A DNA stretch of 64,000 nt from NCBI GenBank assembly GCA_013239625.1, contig MU053934.1:5474399-5538398 (forward strand). Reading direction: 5' to 3'. The notes under the pieces were generated by a model. It was given only the letters and a program-made list of their open reading frames with translations, was not told the origin of the DNA and ran no database searches. The position numbers were made by a program, and so were the translations under genes. Source of the stretch: Lama guanicoe. Its lineage: Eukaryota. Below are positions 50,501 through 64,000 of the stretch, piece after piece; positions within the stretch are counted from its first letter, which is position 1; each line of letters starts with the position of its first letter.

Positions 50501-50929
50501 CCTTTCTCCATTTTGTTCTCAATCAGCTACTACAGGGCCTTGCACAAAAGATGCTCAATTGCTCAGTAAATATCGGTGGAACAGTTTAATTAGTTACCTC
50601 ATACACATATAAGTCAAAGTTCTAAGATGAAATTTAAATGCTACATTTAGATACAAAATATTGAGATGTGTTCAGATATTTTTCACAAAAATATATTCAC
50701 CTTAATATATTTTAAACTGAGAAAATATTATTCTTTAAAAATAGCCCAATTTTTTAAAAAGTATTTGCTTTCAGGTAAGTAGCAGTAAGAAGTAAAGTGG
50801 TATATTAAATGCTAGACACAGCACCTATACTTGAGTCAAAAACATGTTTATGGCCTACATATCTCTACAGCTCAACTATTTGAAATCCAGTTGATATAAA
50901 CAATTTATGATGACTTTATTAAACCAATA

Positions 50930-51140
50930 CGGTGATGAAAAACATGAGTATTTTAGTTAAAGAGGCTGACTTTACATACCTACACTACTACTTACTAGGC
51001 TATGTGACCTCCGGCTAATTAGTAATCCCAGCAGGGATAATAATGATGCTCACAGAGTTACTGTGAGGATTAAATGAGATAATACATGAGAAGTACTTAA
51101 TAATAATGCTGACACAGAGTAAGAACTCAACAAATACTAT
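50930..51140 (+). mobile_element. MIR SINE
   Basis: gttactgtgaggattaaatgagataatacatg. Confidence 0.7.
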
Positions 51141-52096
51141 TTTTAAGCAACTTTTCTAACTTAAAATATATTGTACTCCACTGATATTCTTTTGTTGTAT
51201 TCTTACATAGCACCCTGGCAACATGTGTAGATGTAATTTTTTAAAAAACAAAAACAAAAAATAAAATGCTCTTTGATAAGTTACTGATCTCAATAACTTT
51301 TGGGTGAATGCTGATAAACCTTTTATCATATAAAAGTTCTCCATTTACACGATAAACTTACTTTTCCCAACTTTCAGTGAGACAATCCAAGAGATTCTAA
51401 ATCATGGTAGAAATCTGGAATCCCTCAGACTGCCCCTTTAAGAAGAGAAACTATGTTTCCAAGTCAAGTTTTGACTTAAACTTCAAATTATTCCAAAAAT
51501 GGGGTTTGGGGAGATTACACAAATTTTATTTGCACACCACCAGATCCCTACCTTTAATGTATTAACTGTATATTTAAAAATACAAAAACATCACTGGGAA
51601 AAAAACTCCAATATAACATTTAACTAAAGTAGTTTGTTTTCTGTCACCATTAAGATCATTAATGAGACAGGAAGACTACAGATGAGAAGCCAAAACATTC
51701 CTGACATAAGTGTGTTTCCAACTTGAAGGACTTCATTTTGGAGTTGGGGAGAGAACATCGTTAAAGAATGTTGTGTACATAATAGACACTAACCATTTTA
51801 GCTGATAAACGACCAAATGCAGCAAAATAAATACATAAATAAAACACCACCTTGGCCCCAAACATGGCATGTTTATGAAAACACTTCTAAACATCTCCAG
51901 AGTACTGACTTGCCTTCAAAAGCTGGGCAGAAAAAGAAAAAGCAGAGACAGACAAAATCATCCCTGTTGAATTTAAATCTGATCTCTTTAAATTACTGTC
52001 CTGAAAAATTCCTCAGAGTTCATGATCTTTTCAAGAGCACTACTCTCCCCCACTCACATATCCCTGCTCAAAAAATGCTACTTTAATGGAGCCAAG

Positions 52097-53062
52097 CAGA
52101 AGACCTAAACAAGCAATTCTCCAATGAAGACATACATATGGCCAACAGACACATGAAAAAATGCTCTGTATTGCTAATTATCAGAGAAATGCAAATCAAA
52201 ACTAAATCACATCACACCAGTCAGAATGGCCATTATTAAAAAGTCCACGGATGATAAGTGCTAGAGAGGGTGTGGAGAAAAGGGAACCCTCTTGCACTGT
52301 TGGTGGGAATGTAGTTTGGTGTAGCCATTAGAGAAAACAGTATGGAGATTCCTCAAAAAACTAAAAATAGATTTACCTTATGATCCAGCAATCCTACTCC
52401 TGGGCATATATCTGGAGGGAACTCTAATTTGAAAAGATACATGCACTCCAATGTTCACAACAGCACTATTTACAATAGCTAAGACATAGAAACAACCTAA
52501 ATGTCCATCAACAGATGACTGGATAAAGAAGTTGTGGTGTATTTATACAATGGAATACTACTCAGCCATTAAAATGAATAAAATGATACTACTTGCAGCA
52601 ACACGGATGGACCTGAAGATCGTCATTCTAAGTGGAGTAAGCCAGAAAGACAAAGAAAAATACCATGATATTATTCATATGTGGAATCTTAAAAAAAAAA
52701 AAAGACACAAACGAACTTATTTACAAAACTGAAACAGACTCACAAACATAGAAAACAAACTTACTAACCAGAAGGGAAAGGGAGCGGAAAGGGATAAATT
52801 GGGAGTTTGAGATTTACAGTATATATTATAAATATGTTTTCTACATATTTACTATATAGAAAATAGATAAACAAGAAGTTTCTACTGTATAGCACAGGAA
52901 ACTATATTCAGTATCTTGCAGTAACCTATAATGAAAAAGAACATGAAAACAAATATATGTATGCGTATGTATGACTAAAACATTATACTGTACATCAGAA
53001 ATTGGCACAACATTGTAAACTAACTATACTTCAGTTAAAAATCAATTTAAAAAGGGGGGGGG
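52097..53062 (+). mobile_element. 5'-truncated artiodactyl-type L1 (ORF2 end plus 3'UTR)
   Basis: WCIYTMEYYSAIK peptide; flanking duplication ggagccaag at 52088-52096 and 53063-53071. Confidence 0.9.
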
Positions 53063-54515
53063 GGAGCCAAGAATGTACAATGAGGAAAGGACAGGCTTTC
53101 CAATAAATGCTATTGGTAAACTGGACAGCCACATGCAAAAGAATGAAACTGGGCCACTAACATACACAAAAATCAACTCAAAACGGATTAAAGACTTGAA
53201 TGTAAGACCTGAAACCACAAAACTCCTAGAAGAAAACATAAGCAGTAAATTCCTTTACACTGGCAATTACTTGGTCTTGGCAATTACTTTTTTGGATTTC
53301 ACATGAGAAGCAAAGACAATAAAAGCAAAAATAAACAAGTGAGACTACATCAAACTAAAAAGCTGCCACAAAGCAAAGGAAACCACCAACAAAATGAAAA
53401 GGCAGCTACTGAATGGAAGAAAATAATTGCAAGTCATATATCTGATAAAGCGTTAATATCCAAAATATATAACAAACCCATTCAGCTCAGCAGCAAAGGA
53501 ACAAACAACCTGATTTAAAAATGGGCAGAGGATCTGAATAGACATTATTCTAAAGAAGACATACAGATGGCCAACAGGTACATGAAAAGATGCTCAAAAT
53601 CACTAATTATCAAAGTGAAATGCAAATCAAAACCACAGTGAGATATCACCTCACACCTGTTAGAAAGGCCATTAACAAAAAACAAAAAATAACAAATGTT
53701 GGTGACAACGTGGAGTAAAGGAAACCCCTGTGCAATACTGGTATGAAGGTAAACTGGTGTGACCACTATGGGAAACAGGATGAAGGTTCCCCAAAAATTA
53801 AACACAGAACTAACATATGATCCAGCAATTCCACTTCCGGGTATTTATTTGAAGAAAACAGAAACACTAACTTGAAAAGATATATGCACCCTCATGTTCA
53901 CTACAGCATTATATGATATAACCAAGACATAGAACACCTAAGTGTTCATCAATGGATGAATGTATAAAGAAAACATGGTAAAAAATATACAACAGAATAT
54001 CACTCAGCCATAAAAAAAAAGATTGAAATCCTACCACTTGCGACACTGGACAGACCTTAAGAATGTTACGTTAAGTGAAATAAGCCAGACAGAGAAAGAC
54101 AAATTGTCATATGATCCCACTTATATATGGAATCTTTAAAATAAACAAACAAACAAAAAAATGAACTCACAGATACAGAGAACAGATTGGTGATTGCCAG
54201 AACAGGTAAAAGAGTAGGCAAAATGGGTGAAAGGGGCCAAAAAGTAGAAACTTCCAGTTATAAAAGAAATAAGTCATGAAATATGATGTACAGCATGGTG
54301 GACTACAGTTAATAACACTATGTTGCATATTTGAAAGTTATTGAGAGAGTAAATCTTAAACGTTCTCATCACAAGAAAATTTTTCTAACTATGTATGGTG
54401 ACAGATGTTAACTAGACTTACTGAGGTATTCATTTCACAATACATACAGATATCCAATCATCATGTTGTATATGTAAAACTAATGTTATATGTCAATTAT
54501 ACCTCAATTTAAAAA
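53063..54515 (+). mobile_element. L1MA-like ORF2 3' part plus 3'UTR
   Basis: YTKINSKRIKDLNVRPETTKLLEENI peptide; ends tatgtcaattatacctcaatttaaaaaaa. Confidence 0.9.
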
Positions 54516-55439
54516 AACACTGCTGTAGGGGAAAGTCTAACTTGAAAACTCAATCTAAAATATAAAAACTCAATAATTTCCTAGAAAAAAAATGAAACTA
54601 GAAAAGGAACATTCTCTATACTAAAGAGAAGGTATCCTAGACATATCTTTTCCTCTAAGAATGAAAGAAAGGAAATTGATATTATTAGGGAGAATATTCA
54701 GAGCCAAGTCTACTACTTAAAAGATAAATACTGAGGAATTTATAAGTCTTGTAAAGGCATGCATATCTTGTTCTACTTCTCTAAGATTTGTTTAAGATGA
54801 GTAGCTAAAATAATTATCACTTATCCCTCAGTCCATTGTTCAGTTCTAAAAAGTTTTACTCCAAGAGCGGACAATGTGACACCAGAGGCCCAGCTCACAA
54901 AAAGGGCAGTCATAATTTTGGTAACCTTATCTGTTCTGGTGCCAAATTCTCCTGAAAAACTGCCTCAGGATGTAAGTGAAGGGTTTCCAATCCTCAAAGC
55001 AATGAAATCTCCAGCTTTACCTGTGACTGAATTACATACACTGAAGGCACAAAACATAGTACAAAGAGAATGGAGTGAGAAATTAGCCTTGCAACTCAAG
55101 GAAAACATACTAAAGCAGAGCCCAAAAAGGCTCTCTAAGGTGGATTATACAATCATGACCACAGAGCAGTTCACAGAAAGTGCACAGGAAGGAACTGCTT
55201 ATCTACAATCTTCACCCCCTTAGTGGTATATATAATTATTTGTCAAGTGCATAGTATTTTATATGTCCATACTATTTTATAACCACAATTCTGGAAATAT
55301 TCCATTACAATAATTGAGTGCGATAGATTAAAATTCATTTTCCTTCTTATATGGCATTCAGATTCAGGATGGCTGAGTAGAGAAAGAGACTCTGCCTCAA
55401 AATCTTGTCCAAAAGGTGGTAGAACTGCTGAATTTTAGG

Positions 55440-55600
55440 GTTTGAAAAAATCTACAGTAACCAAAGATTTCAGATGATGAAGAAACTAAAGCTCAGAAGA
55501 GTTATAAGCAATTTGCTAGAGGTCACCAAATGAATTAGTGGAAAGTCAGGAGGAGAACCCTGACCTCCTGACTCCCAACTTAGCATTTCCACACTACCAT
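55440..55600 (-). mobile_element. MIR SINE
   Basis: cagatgatgaagaaactaaagctcagaagagtt...gaggtcac. Confidence 0.65.
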
Positions 55601-57015
55601 ATTCCTTTTCTGTAAACAAATGATGAAATAGGTGTGGAGGATTCTGGTCTATGTGATTCAGCACACTATGTTGTCTTTTAAAATGCCAAATCTCTCCTCA
55701 CGTTGGTTTACCCCTCCTCTAGAGCAGCTATCATTTCTGCCCATCTGAAAGGAAGAGCAGATCAGTAAAATGGGCCAGGCGATGCACTGAAATTAAAGTG
55801 AAAATAGCAGCATTGTGAGGATAGCAAATGAGCCAACAGGGATGAGCAACTCAGTTTAAGCCTCAATGCTACTGAGCAAGGGGGCTCCATGATATAACTT
55901 GTTCTAGACATCTGAGATCAGTGATTACTACTTTAACTTTTAAGTTTTATTAAAACATTATGTAAGCTTTAGGAAAAAAATATATATAGGTTAGATTTAT
56001 AACAAAAAACAATAGTCAGTGGGATATTGTGACCAGAATAACATTTCAAAATCATCAATCAGACAGAGGAAGAGAGAACAGAAATGGATCGGGGCAGAGC
56101 ATGAGAGGAAACAGACTGTAACTGGAGGCTACTGGAAAAGTCTAAGAGAGAGATGAGGGTGGCTTAGCCAAGGGCAGTAGTGGAGCAGACAGTCAGAAAC
56201 AGTCAGATTTCGTTATTTCTGGGATGCAAGGATGGTTCAACATACACAAATCAACTAATATGATACACTGCATTTAAAAAATGAAGGATAAAAATCACAC
56301 AATCATCTCAATAGATGCAGGAAAAGTGTTTGATAAAATCCAACACTCTTTCATGATTAAAAAAATACTCAACAAACTAAGAATAAATGGAAATTACCTC
56401 AACACAACAACAGCCATACACAAAAAGCCAACTGCTAACATCATACCCAATGGTGAAAAACTGAAACTTTTCCACTCAGATTAGGAACAAGGCAAGGATG
56501 CCCACTCTCACCATTCTATTTAACAGAGTGCTAGAAGTCCTGGCCAGAGCAATTAGGCAAGGAAAAAAACAGAAAGCATCCAAATCAGAAAGGAAGAAGT
56601 AAAACTGTCCCTGTTTATAGATGACATGATTTTATATATAAAAAACCCTAAAGACTCTATACACACACACATACACACACACACACACAAATATTGTTAG
56701 AATTAATAAACAAATTCAGTAAAGTTGCAGGATACACAATCAATGTACACTAATGAACTACCTAAAAAGGAAATTAAGAAAAAAAATCACATTTACAATA
56801 ACATCAGAAAGAATAAAACACTAAGGAATAAATTTAACTAAGGAAGTGAAAGACCTGTACACTAAAAATCATAAAACATTGAGAAAAGAAATTAAAGACA
56901 TAAACAAATGTAAAGATATCTCATGTTCATGGATTGGAAGACTTAATATTGTTAAGATGTCCATACTACCCAAAGTGATCACAGATTCAATGCAATCCCT
57001 ATCAAAATCCCAGTG

Positions 57016-57110
57016 AAGGGCAGTGGGTATATCTCGTGGTAGAGTACATGCTTAGCATGCACGAGGTCCAGGTTTCAATCCCCAGTATCTCCATTAAAAA
57101 CATTTTTTTT
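57016..57110 (+). mobile_element. vic-1-like SINE inserted in L1
   Basis: gtggtagagtacatgcttagcatgcacgaggtcc; imperfect TSD aatcccagtg/aatctcaatg. Confidence 0.8.
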
Positions 57111-57659
57111 AATCTCAATGGCATTTTCATAGAAAGAGGAAAAAACCAATTCTAAAATTCATATGGAAACACAAAAGACCCCAAATAGCCAAAACAGTCT
57201 TGAAAAAGAAGACTAAAGCTGGAGGCATCAAACTTCTTGATTTCAAAATATATTACAAAGCTACAGTGATTAAAACAGTATATGGTACTGGCAAAAAAGG
57301 CAGACATATATAGAGCAATGGAACAGAAAGCTCAAAAATAAATCCACTGGTCATAAAACATACGGTCAACTGACTCTCAACAAAGGTGCCAAGAGTATTT
57401 AATGAGGAAAAGACTGTTTCTTCAACAAATGGTGTTGGGAAAACAATATCCACATGCAAAAAAGATGAAGTTGGTCCCTGATCTTGCACCACACACAAAA
57501 ATCAACTGAAACGGATTAAAGCCTTAAATGGAAGACCTGAAACTGTAAAACTCTAAGAAGAAAACAGGGAAAAAGCGTCATTACTAGTTTTCACAATTAT
57601 TTTGTGGATATGATACCAGAAGCAAAAGCAACAAAAGGAAAAATAAATAAGTGGAGCTA

Positions 57660-57966
57660 CAGTCGGCCCTTTGTATCTGCAGGTTCCACATCCTTCAGAT
57701 TCAACCAACTGTGGATGGAAAATATTTGAGGGAAAAAAAAAAAAACAAGAAAGTCCCAAAAAGCAAAACTTGAATTTGACATGTAGCGTTTACATTGCAT
57801 TAGGTATTACAAGCAATCTAGAGATGATTTAAAGTATACAGGAGAATACGTATAGGTTATATGCAAATACTATACACCATTTTATATATGGGACTTGAGC
57901 ACTGTGGATTTTGGTATTTGTGAGTGTACTGGAAAAAAATTCCCTACAGATACTGAGGGATGACTG
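57660..57966 (-). mobile_element. MER2/MER2B MITE inserted in L1
   Basis: TIRs cagtcggccct / agggatgactg with TA duplication; homologous to 8954-9252. Confidence 0.88.
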
Positions 57967-59726
57967 TATACCAGACTAAAAAGCTTCTGCACATCAACAG
58001 AGGAAAAAGGCAACCTACAGAATGAGAGAAAAATATCTGCAAACCACATAATAAATAAAGGGTTAATTTCCTAAATATATAAGGAACTTCTACAATTTAA
58101 TAGCAAAAAAGCCAATAACCCAACTTAAAAATGGGCAAAAAATCTGAACAGACATTTCACCAAAAAAGACATACAAGTGGCCAACAGTATATGAAAAAAT
58201 GTTCAATGTCACCAATCAAAACTACAATGAGTTACCACTTCATACTCTTAGGATGGCTACTATTAAAAAAAAAAAAGACAAGTACTGGCAAGGGTATGAG
58301 GAAATTGGAACTCTTGTACACTGTTAGTGGAAATGCAAAATGAAAACAGCATGGAGATTCCTCAAAAACAAAATAAAAATAGAACTACCATATGATACAG
58401 CAATCCCACTTTTGGGTATTTTTCCAAAATAACTGAAATCAGGATTTCAAAGAGATACTAGCACTACCATGTTCAATGCAGCACTATGCACAATAGCTAA
58501 GCTGTAGAAACAATCTAATGGATTAATGGATTTTTAAAAAGGTGATATATACATACAATGGACTATTACTCAGTCTTCAAAAAGAAGGAAATCCTGAAAT
58601 AGCAGCAACACAGACAAACCATGATGACATTCTGCTAACTGAAATGTTACCAGGGACTAGGGAGAAGGTTAAAGAGGAAGTTGCTAATCAGTGGGTAAAA
58701 TTTCAGTTTTGAAGATGATTAAGTTCTAAAGATCTGCCAAACAACACCATGCATATAGATAATGTTACTGTAATGTATACTTTAAAAATCTGTTAAGAGG
58801 GCAGAGCTCATCTTAAGTGTCCTTACCATAATAATTTTTTTTAATTTTAAAGAAAAGAAATAGTCATAATTGAGATATATTTTAAAGCTTGGGTTAGAAT
58901 CTCATGAACGTATATCCTAAAGCAGTATTTTTCATATTGCAATTTGTAATATGCTGGTAACAAAAATCAGTTTAACAGATTGAGGTCAGCATTATGCAAT
59001 TAAATAAAATAGAAACCATCAGATTGTGTACCACATGTAGTAAGGGTATTATTTCATGAAACTTTTGTCTCAGTTCTCTAAATACTTATGTGTATAATTG
59101 GATTCTAATATAAAATGTTCCCAATTATGAGTCACAGTCAAAAAAATTTGAGAAACATTCCCTAGGAAGTTGAAAATACTTTTCTTCCCTAAAATCTTTG
59201 TCAAAGTCCTACATTAGGCTCAAGTAAAACAAGCTACAGCAAGTTTAATTATATACCTAATATAATCTTATTGATCTGTCAAAACAATACAACACTTGGT
59301 CTTTAAAAAAAAAAAGAAAGAAAGAAAGAACAGCATAAGCAATGTTCAAACATCACTGGAATGCCAGGCACAAATTATGTTTATTTCTACCAGCCATGGA
59401 GATACACAGATTACTAAAGGAATAGAATGCCAATTTTCTTTAACCACTAAACCATTCTAACTATTCAACTACTCCTAATTTTAGGGATTAAAACACCACT
59501 AATGCACATTCATAACAGCAATGCTTTCAGAATTTTCAGGAAAATATCTTACTCTCCAAATAAGAAAATATGGCCTAATTCTCCTTGAAGAATTCAGAGA
59601 TTATATACTACAGCTCTGAAAGATTCTTTCAGAAAACTTCTTACCTTAAGCAATAACCTTTTTTAATAGCTGGCATGAAAAAAAACATTATTTACCATTT
59701 CACCAAGTCTTCAGGTTCAATTAGCT

Positions 59727-59920
59727 CAGTCTCTCAACAGCAACGTTATTGACATTTGGGGTAAGTAACTGTTTTGGACATTATGCTTGATCCCTGACCA
59801 CCAAATGCTAGTGATGCATCTCCTCCCCACCCCCACAATCACTGTGACAACCAAAAATGCCCCTGTACTTGTCCAAATACCCTCTGGAGATATGGTACCT
59901 CTCCTATTGAGAACCACTGA
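59727..59920. mobile_element. MER20-like hAT MITE
   Basis: cagtctctcaac...gtgacaaccaaaaatg...ttgagaaccactg. Confidence 0.75.
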
Positions 59921-61019
59921 AAAATTTCGCTGAGTCTCAGTTCAACTGATTGCCACATAACGAATTATGGCCTCTAATTCATGGCAGAGATGTCAGGCAG
60001 CTATCAGTGCCTTCAATTTGACCACTTCCAAGGAAGCATTAAGATCATACGACCTGAAGTAAAAAGAATATTTACCACCTTTTTCCTAGCACTAGGCAGT
60101 TAGTTTTTTTCAAAATGGGATACAGCAAATGAAGACGTCTACATTTAAGAAAACAAAAAAAGTTAACATATAGATTCTACAAGTGTTCTAAGTTAAAAGT
60201 AAATCTATACTCCCTCTCAAGTTTCATGAAGAAAGGATGGGACAGAGAGAATTACAGAAAAAATGTCTGAGATTATTTCCTTGTATAAAATCTACAGGCA
60301 CAATTTACACATTTAGGTATACGTGTGTAGTGCAGACTTAAAAGAAAAGTCACTAAGTACTATATGACAAGTCTTAACAGGTTGAGAAGAATATATAACA
60401 CTTACTGAACACTTGTGACCAAAAACTGCCAAATGCTTATACACTACTTATAAGGGTATTATTATTCTCCCATTATTCAGAGGAGACTCTGAGGTACAGA
60501 GAGGGTAAATAACTTGTTAAAGGTCATCTAGTGATTAAGTGTCTGAGTCAGGGTTCACACCAAGATCAACTCTTGAGTCCTCACCAAGAATTGTTAAGTT
60601 TTAAGGAATAGTAAGAGCACTAGAGGAAGGGATTATAAAAGCAGAAAAGAATTTATCAGAAAACTATGAAAAATGTTAATACAATAAAGTATTAATTATG
60701 AAAAGGTTATCAGCAAAAATCCCTCTGATCCAAGAAAAATTAGATTTTCATCCCAAGGCTCTTAAGCAATCATATTCAAACTCAGCCCTTAAAAGTTCAC
60801 ATTATAAAGAAGGTCAAATTAAATGAACTCTGAACTCTTATTTTGTACATGCTGCCTTGCACATAATACGCAATCTTTAAACGCTGTTCATCTGTTTAGT
60901 TTGTTGCTTAAGAGGCATTTCTACTGTGACAACCACATACTCTTAGTACTTTTTTTTTCTGTACAAGAGACATCAGAAGGAAATAATTATTATCACCCTA
61001 ATCAATTACATATTACAAA

Positions 61020-61650
61020 GGGAAAAGGGCAACTTTACAACAGATAAATCTGGCACACAAGAACTTAACCACACGTGAGATTTACCATCACCATTAGTGA
61101 AACAAACTAACATCACGAGCCTCCCGGTATTAAACACTAAGAAAGACAAAACATCTTCCCACAATATTTATCCTGAAGTTATTCAAGAGGAAACAGGAAT
61201 AAATTCAAATTGAGGGATATTCTGCAAAATAACTGATCTCCCAAAATGTCAATGTCATGAAAAACACCTCTCCCTTCCTAAAAGAGAGCTAAGGAACTAT
61301 TTTACGGTAAAAGACACGACACCTAAATGCAATGTATTTATTGACTGAATTCTAGATTTCAAAGTTTTTAGAATAAGCTATAAAGGACATTATTAGAACA
61401 ACCAGGGAAATATACAACACGGACTATATGTTAGATAATGGTAACAGGTCAATACTGTAATTCCTGAGTGTGGTAACTGTACTGTGGTTATATGAGAAAT
61501 GTTCTTATTCCTTAGAAATGAATGCTGAAGTACTTAGAAGTAAAGTGTCGTGGTGTTTGGAAGTCACCCTCAAATGTTTCCAAATGTTCACAATTGGTGA
61601 ATCTGTCCTATTCTTGGTGATCACTGTACTATTCTTATCAAAATAAAAGG
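61020..61650 (+). mobile_element. Old L1 (L1MC-like) 3' end
   Basis: aaattcaaattgagggatattctgcaaaataactg...taaaggacattatt...ggactatatgttagataat. Confidence 0.65.
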
Positions 61651-61974
61651 GTAGGGTAGAAAATAATTCAAGACACAAAGCTCAGGAATCTTAATTTAAA
61701 TATTATCTAAGGGATTAAGACAGACTAACAGAATGATTCTCTTTGGTAGAAAAAAGAAAAAAGAGAGAGAGAATCAAGAAGCAGCAGTCAGGGAGTAAGA
61801 CAGGAATTCGATCCACTATGACTTAAATCCGTATCTTCCTTTCTTTACAACCCCAAGCACAAACATACTACAGGGAGGAACCTCAACAACCAATTCTAAA
61901 GGAAAAGTCCAGAGTGCATAAACAGTGAGTGCTCACTCACCCACCAATATTTATTAAATACAGTGTTTGTCAGA

Positions 61975-62260
61975 TTCCATGGCCACAATATAGTAATAAA
62001 TATAAGAGCACAGATTCTGGAACCAAAGTGCACAGGTTCAAATCCCAGCTCTACCAAATTCCAGCTCCACTGTTTGCTTTTAGCAAATTACTCAATCTCT
62101 TAGTGCTCTGATATCCTCATTTTTAAATGGAAGATAAAAACTTATCTTAAAGTACTTACTTCAAAGGCCTGCTGTGAAGATTAAATGATGTAATATATAC
62201 ATAAAATGCTAGAATACTGCCTGGCATATATTAAACAACCCAATAGATACTAGCTACTTT
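61975..62260 (+). mobile_element. MIR SINE
   Basis: ggttcaaatcccagctctacc...gctgtgaagattaaatga. Confidence 0.75.
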
Positions 62261-62879
62261 TTTGTTATTATTAGGCAGTAAAAATTCAAAGTCAAAGAAG
62301 ATCTGGTTCCTTCTCTCAGAGTTCTGCAGTCTATCTGGGGAACAAAGGAGTCAACGTCCAGAGAACAGCGTGATGAGCATCATGTAAAAGTATTCAATTA
62401 CAGCAAAGGTACTATAAGAGCAGAGAGAACGAGTATTTAAATCAAAGGATAATAAAAAGTTTACCACAAACGGGACCAGAGCTAATTTCTGAAGAATAGG
62501 CAGTTAATTCCCATGGGAAAGAGAGTGGTTAACCATTTGAGACAATGGGAGAAACATAAAAACCTTAATGGAAAAAAGCGTGACATCAGCTGAGGTTAGG
62601 CTAACAAGAAAGAAAAGTATGACAGGAAAAAAGGAAGGCAAGATCTGGATCATAAATGGCCTATGTGTTAAGCCGAGTGTGAACTTTACCCTGAAAGCTA
62701 TGAGGAGTTATTGAAGACACAGAGGTAGAGGTATGATGTGCTTAAATCTTCATCAGAAAGATCACTCGGATAGTGAAGTGCAGGAAAAACTAAAGAGGTG
62801 GCAAGTCTAAAGGCAGGGAGATCAGTTAGAATTCTACTGCTGTAATCAAGAGGGGTAAAAAATATAGGTTTCAACATGT

Positions 62880-63400
62880 AAGCATATGGCCAAGAACTAT
62901 TAAAACATGTCCACACAAAAACTTGTACACAAATGGCCATAGTAGCATCACTCTTAATAGCCAAAGAAAAGAAACAACCCAAATATCCACCAAGTGATAC
63001 ATGAATTTTTTTAATGTGGTATATTATTCATCCATAAAAAGGAATGAAGTAGTGATACATGCTCAACATAGATGACTCTTGCAAATATCAGACTAAGTGA
63101 AAAAAGCCAATAACAAAACAGCACATATTTTATGACTGCATTTATATGAACCGTCCAGAACACAAAGCAAGTTAGCAGTTATATTATGGCTGAGGGAGAA
63201 AGGAGAGGCTGAAAGGAGAGGGGGAAATAGGAAGTGACTGCCAATATCTTTCTTTGAGTGGTGATGAAAATGTTCTAAAATTGTGGTGAAATTGTACAAC
63301 TCTGTGAATATACTAAAACTATAAAATTATACACTTTATAATTGGTAAATTGTATGGTATTTGAATTAAATCTCAATAAAGCTGTTTTTTTTTAAAAAAT
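62880..63400 (+). mobile_element. L1MB-like 3' end
   Basis: atgtccacacaaaaacttgtacac...gtgatgaaaatgttctaaaatt...tctcaataaagctgtt. Confidence 0.85.
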
Positions 63401-64000
63401 AAGCCTAAACTGAGGTGGTAACAAGAGGAGTCTGAGTTGTTTCCCAGGTCTCTAACATGAGTAACATGAATAAAGAAGTGATTTATGCTGCACTCACCAG
63501 GTACAGGAGATAAGCAGAGAAGTGCAGAAGGAGGCGGGGTGGGGAGAGGTCAAGTTTAGACATGTTAAGGTTAAGGTACCTATGAAACACCCAAGTGGAG
63601 ATGTCCAGAAGGTAGCTGGATCAATAGGTCTAGGGCTTACTAGAGGTCTGGGGTGAAGGAACTACTTAGAAGTCAATAGCAAATAAGCAGTGATTGAAAT
63701 GAGAGGTTTTGATGCAGAGATGCTCAAGGAGTGTATAGTGATGAGAGCTAAAGGATACAGCCAAGAATAGAGAGCCCTGGGGGATATCAACAATGGAGAG
63801 CTAAGCAGGGAACAGAGATGCCTATGAAAGATGCTGAGAAGCAACAGCCAAAGAGGAAGGACAAAAGAATACAATCTTCTGAGGACGGACAGCTTCAAGA
63901 AAAATAAAATCCTTAACAGTGTCAAATGCCTCATGGGGGCCTACCCCAGCACAATGCTTGCCATATAGAAGGTGCTCAACAATTATTTGATGAACCAATT
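63400..64000. mobile_element. L2 fragments
   Basis: ccaagtggagatgtccagaaggtagctgg and cagtgtcaaatgc; ggtgctcaacaattatttgatgaa. Confidence 0.6.

Larger units (their letters stand above)
56215..58850 (+). mobile_element. Degenerate L1 (reverse-transcriptase region to 3' end) with nested SINE and MER2
   Basis: [26 protein letters not shown] and ggaacaaggcaaggatgcccactctcacc (GTRQGCPLSP); frameshifted. Confidence 0.92.
1..64000 (-). other. MRTFA: Internal part of the MRTFA (MKL1) gene: the large introns flanking the long-isoform N-terminal exon, including the short-isoform first exon
   Basis: Two minus-strand exons translate to peptides recognised as MRTF-A isoform N-termini. No other convincing coding exon was seen. 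Assigning the window ends to the gene is inferred from the large introns of mammalian MRTFA. Confidence 0.85.

Noticed and set aside
33397..64000. An upstream MRTFA 5' exon, or an AUG exon extending the long isoform
   Set aside because: No CpG island or recognisable exon with good splice sites was found. It is probably beyond the window, though a small non-coding exon could be missed by eye.
1..64000. CRISPR arrays, operons or other prokaryote-type systems
   Set aside because: The DNA is mammalian intron with no regularly spaced repeats or long ORFs.

Overview
This is eukaryotic DNA: AT-rich, CpG-depleted and repeat-dense mammalian intronic sequence. The tRNA-derived SINEs resemble camelid vic-1 and the L1 3' tails look artiodactyl, so the source is probably alpaca or camel (inference). 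The window lies inside the 5' part of MRTFA (MKL1/MAL/BSAC), transcribed on the minus strand. Two coding exons are recognisable. One is the 262-nt exon at 33135-33396 encoding the long-isoform N-terminus, which starts at a non-AUG GTG (alternative CTG 8 codons later). The other is the alternative first exon of the short isoform (MKL1_S/BSAC), coding 14945-14990 as MTLLEPEMLMMAVQS, which the ORF track misses. Both end in phase-1 donors, so either can splice to the same downstream RPEL exon, which was not found in this window. The rest is intron filled with L1, L2, MIR, MaLR, Tigger/MER2, Charlie/MER5/MER20 and vic-1-like SINEs; nearly all other listed ORFs are repeat-derived or random. The most notable unexplained structures are: a TSD-bounded ~330-bp mini-L1 (5'UTR fused to 3' tail); a TSD- and poly(A)-bounded ~1-kb retroposed RNA with no L1 3' end at its tail; an L1 with a tandemly duplicated 3' tail; two short templated insertions; and a CArG box plus inverted TEAD/AP-1 composite sites upstream of the short-isoform exon, suggesting feedback regulation. 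Repeat family names come from recall of consensus sequences, and boundaries of old repeats are approximate. No database search was run.
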